From Eledone cirrhosa (taxonomy: Eukaryota): a stretch of DNA of 64,000 nucleotides. The notes beneath the pieces were generated by a model. It worked only from the letters and a program-made list of their open reading frames with translations, was not told the origin of the DNA and did no database searches. The stretch is taken from positions 261,454,001-261,518,000 of the forward strand of contig OZ024743.1 of assembly GCA_964016885.1 (NCBI GenBank). Direction: 5' to 3'. Positions 14,401-27,700 of this stretch are shown one piece after another (positions within the stretch are counted from its first letter, which is position 1; every line of letters starts with the position of its first letter). Made by a program: the position numbers and the translations under genes.

Positions 14401-15718
14401 GGACGGGAATTTTCCCACTTGAGGCAAGATTGGTTGTCTTGCTCGTATAGGACTGTCTGGTGGGTTTTCTACGGCTGGATGCCCTTCCTAACACCAACCA
14501 CGTTTACATTGTGGACTGGGAGGTTTTTACCGTGTTACCTACACGGCCACATTACAGTGTGAACTGTGTGTTTTTTTGTCGTGACACCTACACGCCCTCA
14601 TTTGTTTCGGACTGGATGTTGTGGTACCAACATAACTTTACATTGAAAGGGGTGGTGTGGATGGCGTGGGGGTAGTGGGACGGGGGTGTGTGTGTTTTTG
14701 TTAGAGGTGCCTACTGACTGTAGGTTTCGTTTTGTACTTAGGCAAGGTGGGTCTTCTGTATTACTGTGTAGCGCCAAAGATCTCGGTCCAGTGACATTGT
14801 CTTGGAGAGGTGTAAGTGTGTGAGGTCAGAATTTATCAAGTCGTCCCAGGTTTTTCTGGGTCTCCTGACTCCGTGGCTACCGTCTATTTTTATCGCCCTG
14901 CACTTTTTTATACAGCTGTCGTCTTTCATGCGCATCACGTGACCGTACCAACGTAGTCCTCTCTCGAGTAAACAACATCTGATCCCTCTTATTCCTAATT
15001 TCTCCCTTAGTTTGTTTATGCTTACTGTTCACGTATATTACTATTACACATCCAGCGGAGCATGCAAGCTTCGTTCCTCTCCAACTGCGTATATCCTCTG
15101 CACACAATGCCAAAGTCTCACTGCCATGTAACATTGCTGTTCGTATGCAGGCATCATACAGCCTGCCTTTCATTTTTAGAGAGAACCCTTTAGCAGCCAA
15201 TAGTGGTATAAGCTCTCTGAACTTTTTCCATCCTATTCTGACTCTAGCTACAGTACTTTCAGAGCACCCTCCCCCACTGCTGATTTTGTCACCCAGGTAA
15301 TAGAAGGTGTCCACTATTTCTATAGAACCATCTGTGCAATGGAATGAACTAGTATTCTGTGGGCACTTGCTGCTACTTATTGCACCAGAGCACCGGCCAC
15401 ATGTAAAATCTATATTTTTAGTTAGCTTACCTGTGATCCCACTACATCTTTTATGCACCCATACTTTGCATTTGCGACATAAAATGGAGTTTCTGCCTAC
15501 TCCTATCCTACACACTGAGCATGGCCATTTTCCTTCCTACAAACTAGAACTTTAGTCTTAGACAGGTTAATTTTAAGGCCTTTTGATTCTAGGCCATGCT
15601 TCCATATATTATTCTATCAATCTAGGCATGCTTCCATATATTATTCTATCAATCTAGGCCATGCTTCCATATATTATTTTGTCAAAACACTAAATTACAG
15701 GACATAAACTCACACACT

Positions 15719-15771
<53 letters not shown>

Positions 15772-18700
15772 GAAAGGTATAGAAAACATTGTAGCGAAAA
15801 GCCAATATATATATATATTTGGTGTAGGATGCTTAAAGCGTCCGTATACGGTTGGCCATTTCAGCACTCGATGTTCTTACAGAGCAGAGTATAATATCAT
15901 ATAAGAAACAGAGAATCAGTGGTGCGACGAATTATAGTTTATTAGACATATTACAATCGTTTCTCTGGCGACCAGCTTGAGGCACGATCTCCAGCTTCTA
16001 TCCTGTTCTTGTCAGTCGATGAGTGGTCAAGAATTGTACACGTCATCGGTATTTCTGACCACTCATGGCTGTCCATTTTTCTCGTTCCATTCACATGTCA
16101 CCTGTCAATCAAAGTTGGTCCTTTTAGGAGGTAAGGGGTTGTATGAGTGAAACACCCGCGCACTGCCACAGCCGTCTCAGCCTGTAGACACCCACACACG
16201 TATCCATGGTGTGCGCAGGCGCAATACATATGGGCTTGTATACACACACAACAATCATGCACATACCTGCAACTGTATTCATCATCATTTCATTTTACGT
16301 CCGCTTTTTCCCTGCTTGCAAGGGTGGGACGGGAACTGATTCTGGCTTGGTTTCTACAGCTGGATGCCCTTCCTAACACCAACCTCATTTACAGTGAGTG
16401 TTGGGTTGCTTTTTTGCCGTGGCACCTCCACGACCACTTTACAGTGGAATGATATGGACCCCAGTCCCTATCATCTCATTTCTACAGCTGTGTAAACTGG
16501 AGCAATGTGAAATAAAGTGTCTTGCTCAAGGAAACAACACATCACCCGGTCTGAGAATTGAACTCACAACCTTTCGATTGCAAGGCCATTGCTCTAAGCC
16601 ATGTGCCTCCATTATATCCGAAAATCACAGTAAATATTAAATGTGCAGCGAATACTTGGAAAAAATATTTTTAAAAACTTAGAAAAACATGGAAAAACAT
16701 GTCTGTACATATACTTGGAGAGATGCCTATATCAGTAAAAATTATACACATACATATATATCTCCACACATATATACACACACACACACACACATAGAGA
16801 CGTATAGATACAGTGCATACTGAGGGTACAATGAATACGTAGTAAATGCGCAGAAACTGTACAAAGACTTTTTTTAAAAACCTTTAAAAACCCTCAAAAA
16901 AACCTTGGAAAAACATTTCAAAAAAATATACTTTAAAAAACACACATTTTAAAAAACATTTTTAAAAAATGCTTAAAAGAACCTCTCAAAAAATTATTTC
17001 AAAAGTATTTCTAACAAATATATATACACACACAGTACTCAGGAAAGCATATATACTTAAAAGACACACATACTTGAAAAAATACATATGCATGCACTTA
17101 TATACACCTGAAAAAAACGGAAAATATACATATACATACACCTACACAGACATATACATATACAAGCATATATATATACATAAATATACCCACGTATACG
17201 CCTGCACATTGACATGCATATACATCTTAAAAAACACCTACTTGATGAATACTTACATTTCTACACACACACGCAAATGTGCACAGTACGCATAACATTA
17301 TATGAAAAAACCTTCGTGAGACATGGAACCCAATACATTCATGAGGCCATATATGCCCGAAAGTGCATGCATAATATGCATAAATCTAAGAATTACGTAG
17401 CAGCAACATACTAATGACAAATAACATTTTGAAAACAAAATCAGACTTAGATTGAATCGCTATCCCCCATGTTGATGAGACAGCAGTATCCAAGGTACGT
17501 AACGAAGTATGTATTGTTGGATCTGCCGTTAATTTCCACGTGTTTCGCCGGGCATTCATTGGTGTGCTGTCACATGTTGTGATCCGCTGCGGGCGCCCCA
17601 ACTGGCCGTCGTACCGGTAGGGCCTTAGTTAGACCCACCCGGTATCACTAAAGCGGAATGTTCATTTACGTTGGTGTCTGCAGGCCATGATGATTTCTGA
17701 TTTGAGGTTGACTGCATCGCCCTTTAGTTTTACTATCTCCATAGCCTCGGAGAGGCACAACCTGCACCTCACCTCGCCAGCAGAACACGCATTCGTGCGC
17801 TGGACGATACTCCAGCTGAGGTCCATATTAGGTCCGCCAGTCTGATGGAGCGTCTCTTGTTCCTGTCCTTGAACAAGTTCTTGTGGTTGTACATCCTCGA
17901 TTTAAAAGTCATGGATGTTGCCCTGATGTAGGTGTGCCTATCATTTTGCGGGGTAACCACACATCTGTAGACAACGCCCTTTGTCAGGCACATTCCCTGC
18001 AGAGGGCACTGTTCACCTACACAACAGTTACATGTCCGTGCATCATTTCTGTCAGTCCCTTTATGTGGGCCTGACGTCTTATTGGGGTTCGCCCCAGTCC
18101 TCCTGTGGTGTTCCGGCAGAGTGGTGGACTCAGTGTTCACCACCCGCGGGTCTCTGTTGTCCAGTGCTGCGTCCTCTAGGGCCACGGCGCCGTCCCTGGG
18201 TACATCGTTGAAACCACTGGCCACGTTCCCATGCGCTCCCCTCAGTCTCCCCGAGGTGCCTGTGGCCTGTGATGTTTGGCGGTGGGGTGTCCTCATTTTC
18301 ACTGCGTTGGCCTTGGCCATGTAGTGTGCCATGTGGGTGCTGTGGAAAAGGAGAACTTCACGGTGTGGCAGTTGAATATTTTGTGGTATCTGTGTGATGC
18401 CGGGAAATACTCGTCTAATGCCCTGAAGAAGAGGCCTGGCACGTTGGTGCATACATGCTTCGAGAAATTTGCATTGAACCACGTTATGTTTCTAGACCTA
18501 TTCTTATTCCATCGTCTGCTACTAGTAATGTGTGCAGTGTCATGTTGGTTTCGCGAGTTTTGGCTTTCTCCTATTTCGGCCCCTATGCTATCACTATGCT
18601 TAGAACTACTATTTATGTTGGGAAAAAGGCATTCACTTACTATGTTGTTCAGAATATGTCTACTAGCCCTAGTTTTCATCCCCGTCCTGCTATCCGAGTA

Positions 18701-21700
18701 TTCCGCTGTATCTGTGGTAGTGTTGGTTATCCTGGTGTTTTTTCTAACGTGTTCTATGTCCTGTGCTGCGTTAACTACGTCACTATCCTTGGTCCCCCCT
18801 CCCCGTCATGCTCTGTGCTGGTGTTACAGTTCAGTCTGCATGTGCTGGGATCCCCAGAGCTCCGATGTGACCTCGTCTGTCTATGCGTCGTAGTGTCTTC
18901 CCTGTCATACGTAATAATCTTAGTCTTATCGTTATGTGTGTGCTCCCGGATAGTTTGCCTGCCTATATTAGTACTAATAGTATCCGGGTGTTTGCGTTCC
19001 TTGGTATACGGCCTGCCCTTGTCCGCAGTATACACTATGGCTTCTGTATAACCGGCCCTGCCCAGTGCCTCGTTATAGTAGTCGGCGTGTTACTTGAACA
19101 CATCCACGTTGGCGGACAATGTGGATACGCAGTTGGATATCCCCTTGACTATAGCGTCTATAACAGACTTGGGTTGGTTTGAGTGCCTGTTTACGTATTG
19201 CAGGTTCTTGTTGGCCTTGTGATATGGCCGATATAGGCCAGTTTCCAGTTCTAAGGATACGTCTAGGAAGTTCACTGTCTTGGTACTAGTTTCTATTAGC
19301 ACGGATAAGCCGTGCTGTTTAAAAAAGTATGAGATGCGCTTCCGCATACGCTCCAGCTGGATAGAGTTTAGCAAGCGGAAGGTAAATAGGCCGTTGTCTC
19401 TATATATTCCTCCGCCTATCCCTGGTATCTCCTCTACTAACCTATGGAAGAGGTAAATTCCCACCAGGTCCGTCACTTGTGCAGAGTCGCTCGACCCCAT
19501 AGTTATGTCAAAACTGTCGGATCTGTCTCTCCTTTCCCATAATCTACCATCAAACCTTATTAGCTTCTTTCTGTGTATACGAGCCTATATGAATTGCGCT
19601 TGCACGCACCATAGATACGTGTGTGGATGTCTACAGGCCGAGACAGCTGTGCCAGTGCGCGGCGTTTCACTCATACAACCCCTTACCTCCTACAGCAGTA
19701 ATTCCGCTAAAAGGTCCAACTTTGATTGACAGGTGACATATGAATGGAATGAGAAAAATGGACGGCCATGAGTGGTCAGAAATACCGATGACGTGTACAA
19801 TTCTTGACCACTCATCGACCGACAAGAACAGGATAGAAGCTGGCGAGTGAAGGCAGCCGGATAAACAGGACATTTGGAAACTCTGCTTCGAGAGATTGAG
19901 ACATATCTGAAGAACTTAAGATTTCAGAGTCAATTTCGATCATCGCATCGATCGTGCCTCAAGCTGTCGCCAGAGAAACGATTGTAATATGTCTAATAAA
20001 CTCTAATTCGTCGCACCACTGATTCTCCGTTTCTTATGTGATATATGTGTGTGTATATAAATATGCACACACACACACGCATCACCATCATCATCGTTTT
20101 TAATGTGTGCTTTTCCATACATATGTATGTGTGTGTGTGTGTATGTATATGCAGATATATATGTATATATCTGTGTGTATGTATATGCAGATATATATGT
20201 ATATATGTATATATGTATGCAGGATGTCCATAGGAACAATGATCAATCCAATATAAGAGAGCTTATTTAGTTTATATTTAATTTCATACACGTGTAATTA
20301 ACCCCTAAAGTGTGAAGTGCGGCCGGTTGTTGCACTTGGTGGTGAATGCCCCCCCCCCCCCCTTTTTTTTTTCTTTATCATTATTATTCAATGAATCATA
20401 TGGGTGAAGAAGTGCCAAGAAATGCCAGTTGAAGGAAGACATTGAAAAACATGGGCGGAGGTGGTGAGAGTAGATATCAGATCGCTGAAGCTCACGAAGG
20501 ACCGTGACAAGTGGAGAGATGCTGTGCTGAATAGGACCCGTCCCACCCTTGCAGGCAGGGAAAAGCGGACGTAAAATGATGATGATGATGATGATCTTTA
20601 TACACAGTTTGTCTGAACAAATTGTGAGCAATTTATGTTATTTATTCATTTGTAATGTTATTCAACTGTAAATCTATAAACTGTATTGGACTTAACATGT
20701 ATGCATGACCTTAAGTTTTGTGGTCCAGTTATGGCCACCACTGTATAGAGGTGGAACTGTGATAAAAAATAGTCTTTCTTGTTAGGCAAAAGGACAAATT
20801 TAAAGGAAAAAATGTTACTTTATGAATAATGGTCATACTAATTCCCCAAAATTAGTAGGTTATAATTGTTTCTACTTTTTGGCACAAGGCTAGCAATTAC
20901 CCAGTGCATTACTGGTACTTTATTTTATCGACCCCATAAGGATGAAAGACAAAGTTAACCTCGGCGGGATTTGAACTCAGATCATACAGGGAGGTAACTC
21001 TATGCTTCAAAGCATGGAGTCCGACCCTCTACCGATACTGCCAATCCCACTATATGTATAGAGAGGTATGTGCAATTTGCTTTGAATTGGTGCATATGTG
21101 TAATATATGTGTAACTTAAGTTGTAAATTTTTTTTTTTTTTTTTTTAACTTTAAAGGAACCCATTACAATACGGATAAAGCTTGTATATCGTTAACTGTT
21201 CATCTTTAAAATGCCAAGGGAGATAATTCCCCTTGATAAATTTTGGATGAATGAACAATTTTTAGACGTATATGAAAGTCGTGTAGGCAGGTATGAATAG
21301 AAATGGATATGTGTTCTTGGTGTGTAATATAATTTTGTAAATCTTAAATCGCTTTTTAAAATTTTTTCTGGAAATTTAACTGAAAATTAAAACTCAAACA
21401 CTCAAAAGTGCAAGGGTCTTTGCTTTATGGTGTATATACTGTATGTGTGTGCTTGGAGATCTGTTCTGTGTGCATTTTTTGTGTATAGGTGACAAAGTAG
21501 AGTCATGGAGGATTTAGCAGGTGTGATGAGCAGGCATTTGGGGTTGTTAGTTTCCAACTGGTCAGGAGATGGCTTTTCAGATGCAAGCAATGTCTGAAAA
21601 TGTCAGTCTTCGAGTTTAGATATTTGTTAGTGAGTACAATCCTTGCAGAATCCTAAATTTTTCATTGAGGCAGAGTGGGCATCTCTTAGAGTAGAGGGAT

Positions 21701-24700
21701 TGAGCTTGCAAATGGCCAGATTATAAAAGAAGTGGGAGAGGAAGGATGCAAGTATTTGGGAGTCTTTGAGTTGGTTAAGATCAAACAGAAAGAAATGAAG
21801 ATGCAAGCATGGAAAAATGAATGTAAAAACGTTGATGATATTCAAAAGAGAATACCTCAGGTGGGTGGGACTTGTATGTTATCTAAATTGAATGACAGGA
21901 ATAAGATTTGGGTAACATTTACATAGGCTGTCTCTCATGTGATGTGGGGAAGGAGTTACTAAATAGAGGAAAGATGAATTGGAAAGTATTGATAGAAAAA
22001 CTAGGAAATTGATGACAGTGCATAAAAAACTCCACCAAAAGTGTGGTGTTGGAAGAAAGAAAGGGGTGGGGGTAGAAGACTAATAAGTTGTGAAAATTGT
22101 GTCAAAAGCGAAGAAAACAACCTAGCTTGACACCGCAAAAACTGAGGATACCTGAAGCAAATAGGCCTCAAATCACAAATTGCTCTCTGACAAAAGGCTA
22201 CCCTATTGGGCATTGTCCATATACTCAGAAAGATATTGTCTAAGATCCATGTTGAAACCCAATAGGCAGTAGAACATCCACTAATTATCATATTCACTGT
22301 GTAAAACCATTCAAAATAATAATAATTGTTTGCTATTTTTCTTGTGTTTATTTAAAAATTCATTTATTTTTCATCTGTTTAATTTCAGAACCAAAGAAAC
22401 CTGTAAAATTTCAAGTTAAAATCAAAGAAAAATCTTTTATTGTGGAATGGGAGCATTATAACTGCAACACTGAGAGTGCTTATATTTCTAATTATGTAGT
22501 GTCCTATTGTGTAGCTATTGATAGCACAAATTGTCATGGTAAATACATATTCTTTTACTCTTTTACTGGATTTAGTAATTGGATTGCATTCATACTTGGG
22601 CACCACCTTCAAATGTTTTAGTCAATAATATTAACCTCAATACTCCGTCTGGAGCTTATTTTATCAGCAATCACCCATCTCATTATTTCTTAAATGGTTC
22701 TTTAAACCTTTAGAGACTCATGCTAGCATGGAAAATGGACGTTAAACAATGATGATGATAGATGGATGTAACTCAACATAACTAAATCTAATCATATATA
22801 CATACACATACACATGCATATATACATACACATATACATAACAGATAGATTTTATATGTGGCCGGTGCTCTGGTGCAATAAGTAGCAGCAAGTGCCCACA
22901 GAATACTAGCTCATTCTATTGCACAGATGGTTCTATAGAAATAGTGGACACCTTCCGTTACCTGGGTGACAAAATCAGCAGTGGTGGAGGGTGCTCCGAA
23001 AGTACAGTAGCTAGAGTCAGAACGGGATGGAAAAAGTTCAGAGAGCTTATACCACTATTGGCCGCTAAAGGGTTCTCACTAAAAATGAAAGGCAGGCTGT
23101 ATGATGCCTGCATACGAACAGCAATGTTGCATGGCAGTGAGACCTGGGCATTGTGTGCAGAGGATATACGCAGACTGGAGAGGAACGAAGCATGCATGCT
23201 CCGCTGGATGTGTAATAGTAATATACGTGAACGGCAAAGCATAAACGAACTAAGGGAGAAATTAGGAATAAGAGGGATCAGATGCTGTTTACTCAAGAGA
23301 AGACTACGTTGGTACGGTCACGTGATGCGCATGAAAGACGACAGGGCGATAAAAATAGACAGTAGCCACGGAGTAGGCAGACCCAGAAAAACCTGGGACG
23401 ACTTGTTAAATTCCGACCTCACACACTTACACCTCTCCAAGACAATGTCACTGGACCGAGATCTTTGGCGATACACAATAATACAGAAGACCCGCCTTGC
23501 CTAAGTACAAAGCGAAACCTACAGTCAGTAGGCACCTCTAACAAAAATATACCCCGGCCCCACTACCCCCACCCCATCCACACCACTCCTTCCAATGTAA
23601 AGTTATGTTGGTACCACAGCATCCAGTCCGAAACAAATGAGGGCGTGTAGGTGTCACGACAAAAAAACACACAGTCCACGCTGTAATGTGGCCATGTATG
23701 TAACACGGTAAAAACCTCCCAGTCCACACTGTAAACGTGGTTGGTGTTAGGAAGGGCATCCAGCCGTAAAAAAACCCGCCAGACAGTCCTATACGAACAA
23801 GACAACCAATCTTGCCTCAAGTGGGAAAATTCCCGTCCAAACCCATGCTAGCGTGGAAGATGGACGTTAAACGATGATGATGATGATGATGACACATATA
23901 TATATACATATATATATATTCCAATTTTATGGATAGTCTATAGAAACTATGTAAATATTCCTAAATAGTCCAAATTCTTGGTCCCAAATGTTTCAGAAAA
24001 TGAATTCTGCAACTGTAAGTATTTCTTTCTATTATATTTCACTTTTGTCCTGCTTCAGATAAAATTCAAGAAAGAAATGTATCAAAGACTGAAAAGAAAT
24101 ATCAGTTAAAAGATTTGCCCAGCAAAAAATATTTAGTATGGGTTAAATCTTCAACAGATGTAGGAGCTAGTCCTGTGGTTACCAAAGAGCTAAAGACTTT
24201 AGAGGAAGGTAAGTGTACAAAAGTATTCAGTCTTTAACCAACAATTAAAGAGCAATCATCTATTTTTAACTAACATAGTGACCTCATATACTATAACCTT
24301 AGCTACTTTAAATACCATATACTATAACCTTAGCTACTTTAAATACCATATACTATAACCTTAGCCACCTCACATACCATATACTATAACCTTAGCTACC
24401 ACACATACCATATACTATAACCTTAGCTACCACATATACTATATACTATAACCTTAGCTACCTCACATACCATATACTATAACCTTAGCTACCACACATA
24501 CCATATACTATAACCTTAGCCACCTCACATACCATATACTATAACCTTAGCTACCTCACATACCATATACTATAACCTTAGCTACCTCACATACCATATA
24601 CTATAACCTTAGCTACCACACATACCATATACTATAACCTTAGCTACCTCACATACCATATACTATAACCTTAGCTACCTCATATACCATATACTATAAC

Positions 24701-27700
24701 CTTAGCTACCTCATATACCATATACTATAACCTTAGCTACCTCACATACCATATACTATAACCTTAGCTACCTCACATACCATATACTATAACCTTAGCC
24801 ACCTCACATACCATATACTATAACCTTAGCTACCACACATACCATATACTATAACCTTAGCCACCTCACATACCATATACTATAACCTTAGCTACCACAC
24901 ATACCATATACTATAACCTTAGCTACCTCACATACCATATACTATAACCTTAGCTACCTCACATACCATATACTATAACCTTAGCTACCTCACATACCAT
25001 ATACTATAACCTTAGCTACCTCATATACCATATACTATAACCTTAGCTACCACACATACCATATACTATAACCTTAGCTACCTCACATACCATATACTAT
25101 AACCTTAGCTACCTCACATACCATATACTATAACCTTAGCCACCTCACATACCATATACTATAACCTTAGCTACCACACATACCATATACTATAACCTTA
25201 GCCACCTCACATACCATATACTATAACCTTAGCTACCACACATACCATATACTATAACCTTAGCTACCTCATATACCATATACTATAACCTTAGCCACCA
25301 CACATACCATATACTATAACCTTAGCCACCACACATACCATATACTATAACCTTAGCTACCTCATATACCATATACTATAACCTTAGCTACCACACATAC
25401 CATATACTATAACCTTAGCTACCTCACATACCATATACTATAACCTTAGCTACCTCACATACCATATACTATAACCTTAGCTACCACACATACCATATAC
25501 TATAACCTTAGCTACCTCACATACCATATACTATAACCTTAGCTACCTCATATACCATATACTATAACCTTAGCTACCTCACATACCATATACTATAACC
25601 TTAGCTACCACACATACCATATACTATAACCTTAGCTACCTCACATACCATATACTATAACCTTAGCTACCACACATACCTTATACTATAACCTTAGCCA
25701 CCTCACATACCATATACTATAACCTTAGCTACCTCATATACCATATACTATAACCTTAGCTACCTCATATACCATATACTATAACCTTAGCTACCTCACA
25801 TACCATATACTATAACCTTAGCTACCACACATACCATATACTATAACCTTAGCCACCTCACATACCATATACTATAACCTTAGCTACCACACATACCATA
25901 TACTATAACCTTAGCCACCTCACATACCATATACTATAACCTTAGCTACCTCATATACCATATACTATAACCTTAGCTACCTCATATACCATATACTATA
26001 ACCTTAGCTACCTCACATACCATATACTATAACCTTAGCTACCACACATACCATATACTATAACCTTAGCTACCTCACATACCATATACTATAACCTTAG
26101 CTACCACACATACCATATACTATAACCTTAGCTACCTCATATACCATATACTATAACCTTAGCTACCTCATATACCATATACTATAACCTTAGCTACCTC
26201 ACATACCATATACTATAACCTTAGCTACCACACATACCATATACTATAACCTTAGCTACCTCACATACCATATACTATAACCTTAGCTACCACACATACC
26301 ATATACTATAACCTTAGCCACCTCACATACCATATACTATAACCTTAGCTACCACACATACCATATACTATAACCTTAGCTACCACATATACCATATACT
26401 ATAACCTTAGCTACCACACATACCATATACTATAACCTTAGCTACCTCACATACCATATACTATAACCTTAGCTACCACACATACCATATACTATAACCT
26501 TAGCTACCTCACATACCATATACTATAACCTTAGCTACCTCACATACCATATACTATAACCTTAGCTACCACACATACCATATACTATAACCTTAGCCAC
26601 CTCACATACCATATACTATAACCTTAGCTACCACACATACCATATACTATAACCTTAGCTACCATGTACACTGAATTATCCCTCGTGGTGTTACACAATA
26701 TACCCATTAAAGCCACTAGCCATGACAACACAGTGCTGTTGTCTGTTGTCAAGATTATCTACATGAGGTTTCATAAAAATGGTCCTTCAACGTATCTGCC
26801 TATCCTGATATGCAGAAATTACCTTTGCTCTTGCACTGTCTATAACTAGTCTAAGATTAATTATTCTGTCACGTACACTGACTGCCTCAATAACTTCGTC
26901 CATTTTCTCCCAACAATATACCTGCTTCACCACTAACTCCAATATTTTTTACTCACCCAAAATTTGTAACTCTGTTTTTGACCTGGAATCTTGTACACAG
27001 TACACATAGTACATGTATGTCTATTCAGCTTCACTCTAGCATCTCTATAATTTCTCCATACATGCCTTTTCACATTCTAACATTGTTAGCAATGGCTCTG
27101 AATTTTACATTTGACATATGCCACCTTCCCAACCATCACCCCTTTCATACACCTCATATGTTGAAACAGCTCACCCCTCACCCATGCCCCTAGATCTACA
27201 TCCCCCAATCCCCATGTAACTCTCCTGCCCAAGTCCCCAGTCCACCCTATAAAGTGGTCATGTTGGTGACACCACAAAAAGTGCCCAGGCAACACTGTAA
27301 AGTGGTTATGTGGGTGTCACAACAAAAAGCAACCATCCCACACTGTAAAGTGGTCATGTGGGTGTCACAAAAAGTGCCCAGTCCACACTGTAAAGTGGTC
27401 GTGAGGGTGTCACAACAAAAAGTACTCAGCATACACTGTAAATGTGGTTGGCATTAGAAAGGGCATCCAGCCATAGAAATCAAGCCAACATCAGTTCTAT
27501 GTGAGCAAAACATGGTCCTCCAACCTGATCTCTCACAAAGGGACAGCCCATCGTGCTCATGCTAGCATGGAAGATGGACGTTAAACAATGCTGATATATA
27601 TATATACGAGGGGGGATCAAAAAGTTCACGGAATTTTATCGTAGTAAGAAAAAAATAGGTTAAAACAATATTAAACATGTCACAACATTGTCATTGGGTG

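Noticed and set aside
18276-19051. Long + strand ORFs (205 and 198 aa)
   Set aside because: Antisense shadows of the Penelope coding region with no recognisable domain.
24284-26664. CRISPR array
   Set aside because: No unique spacers (only three variable bases), no cas genes, eukaryotic intron context.
24284-26664. Cluster of let-7-like miRNA genes on the minus strand (TGAGGTAGCTAAGGTTATAGTA)
   Set aside because: Direct repeats provide no complementary star arm, so no precursor hairpin is evident.
24284-26664. Interstitial telomeric repeat
   Set aside because: Unit contains no TTAGGG or TTAGG arrays on either strand.
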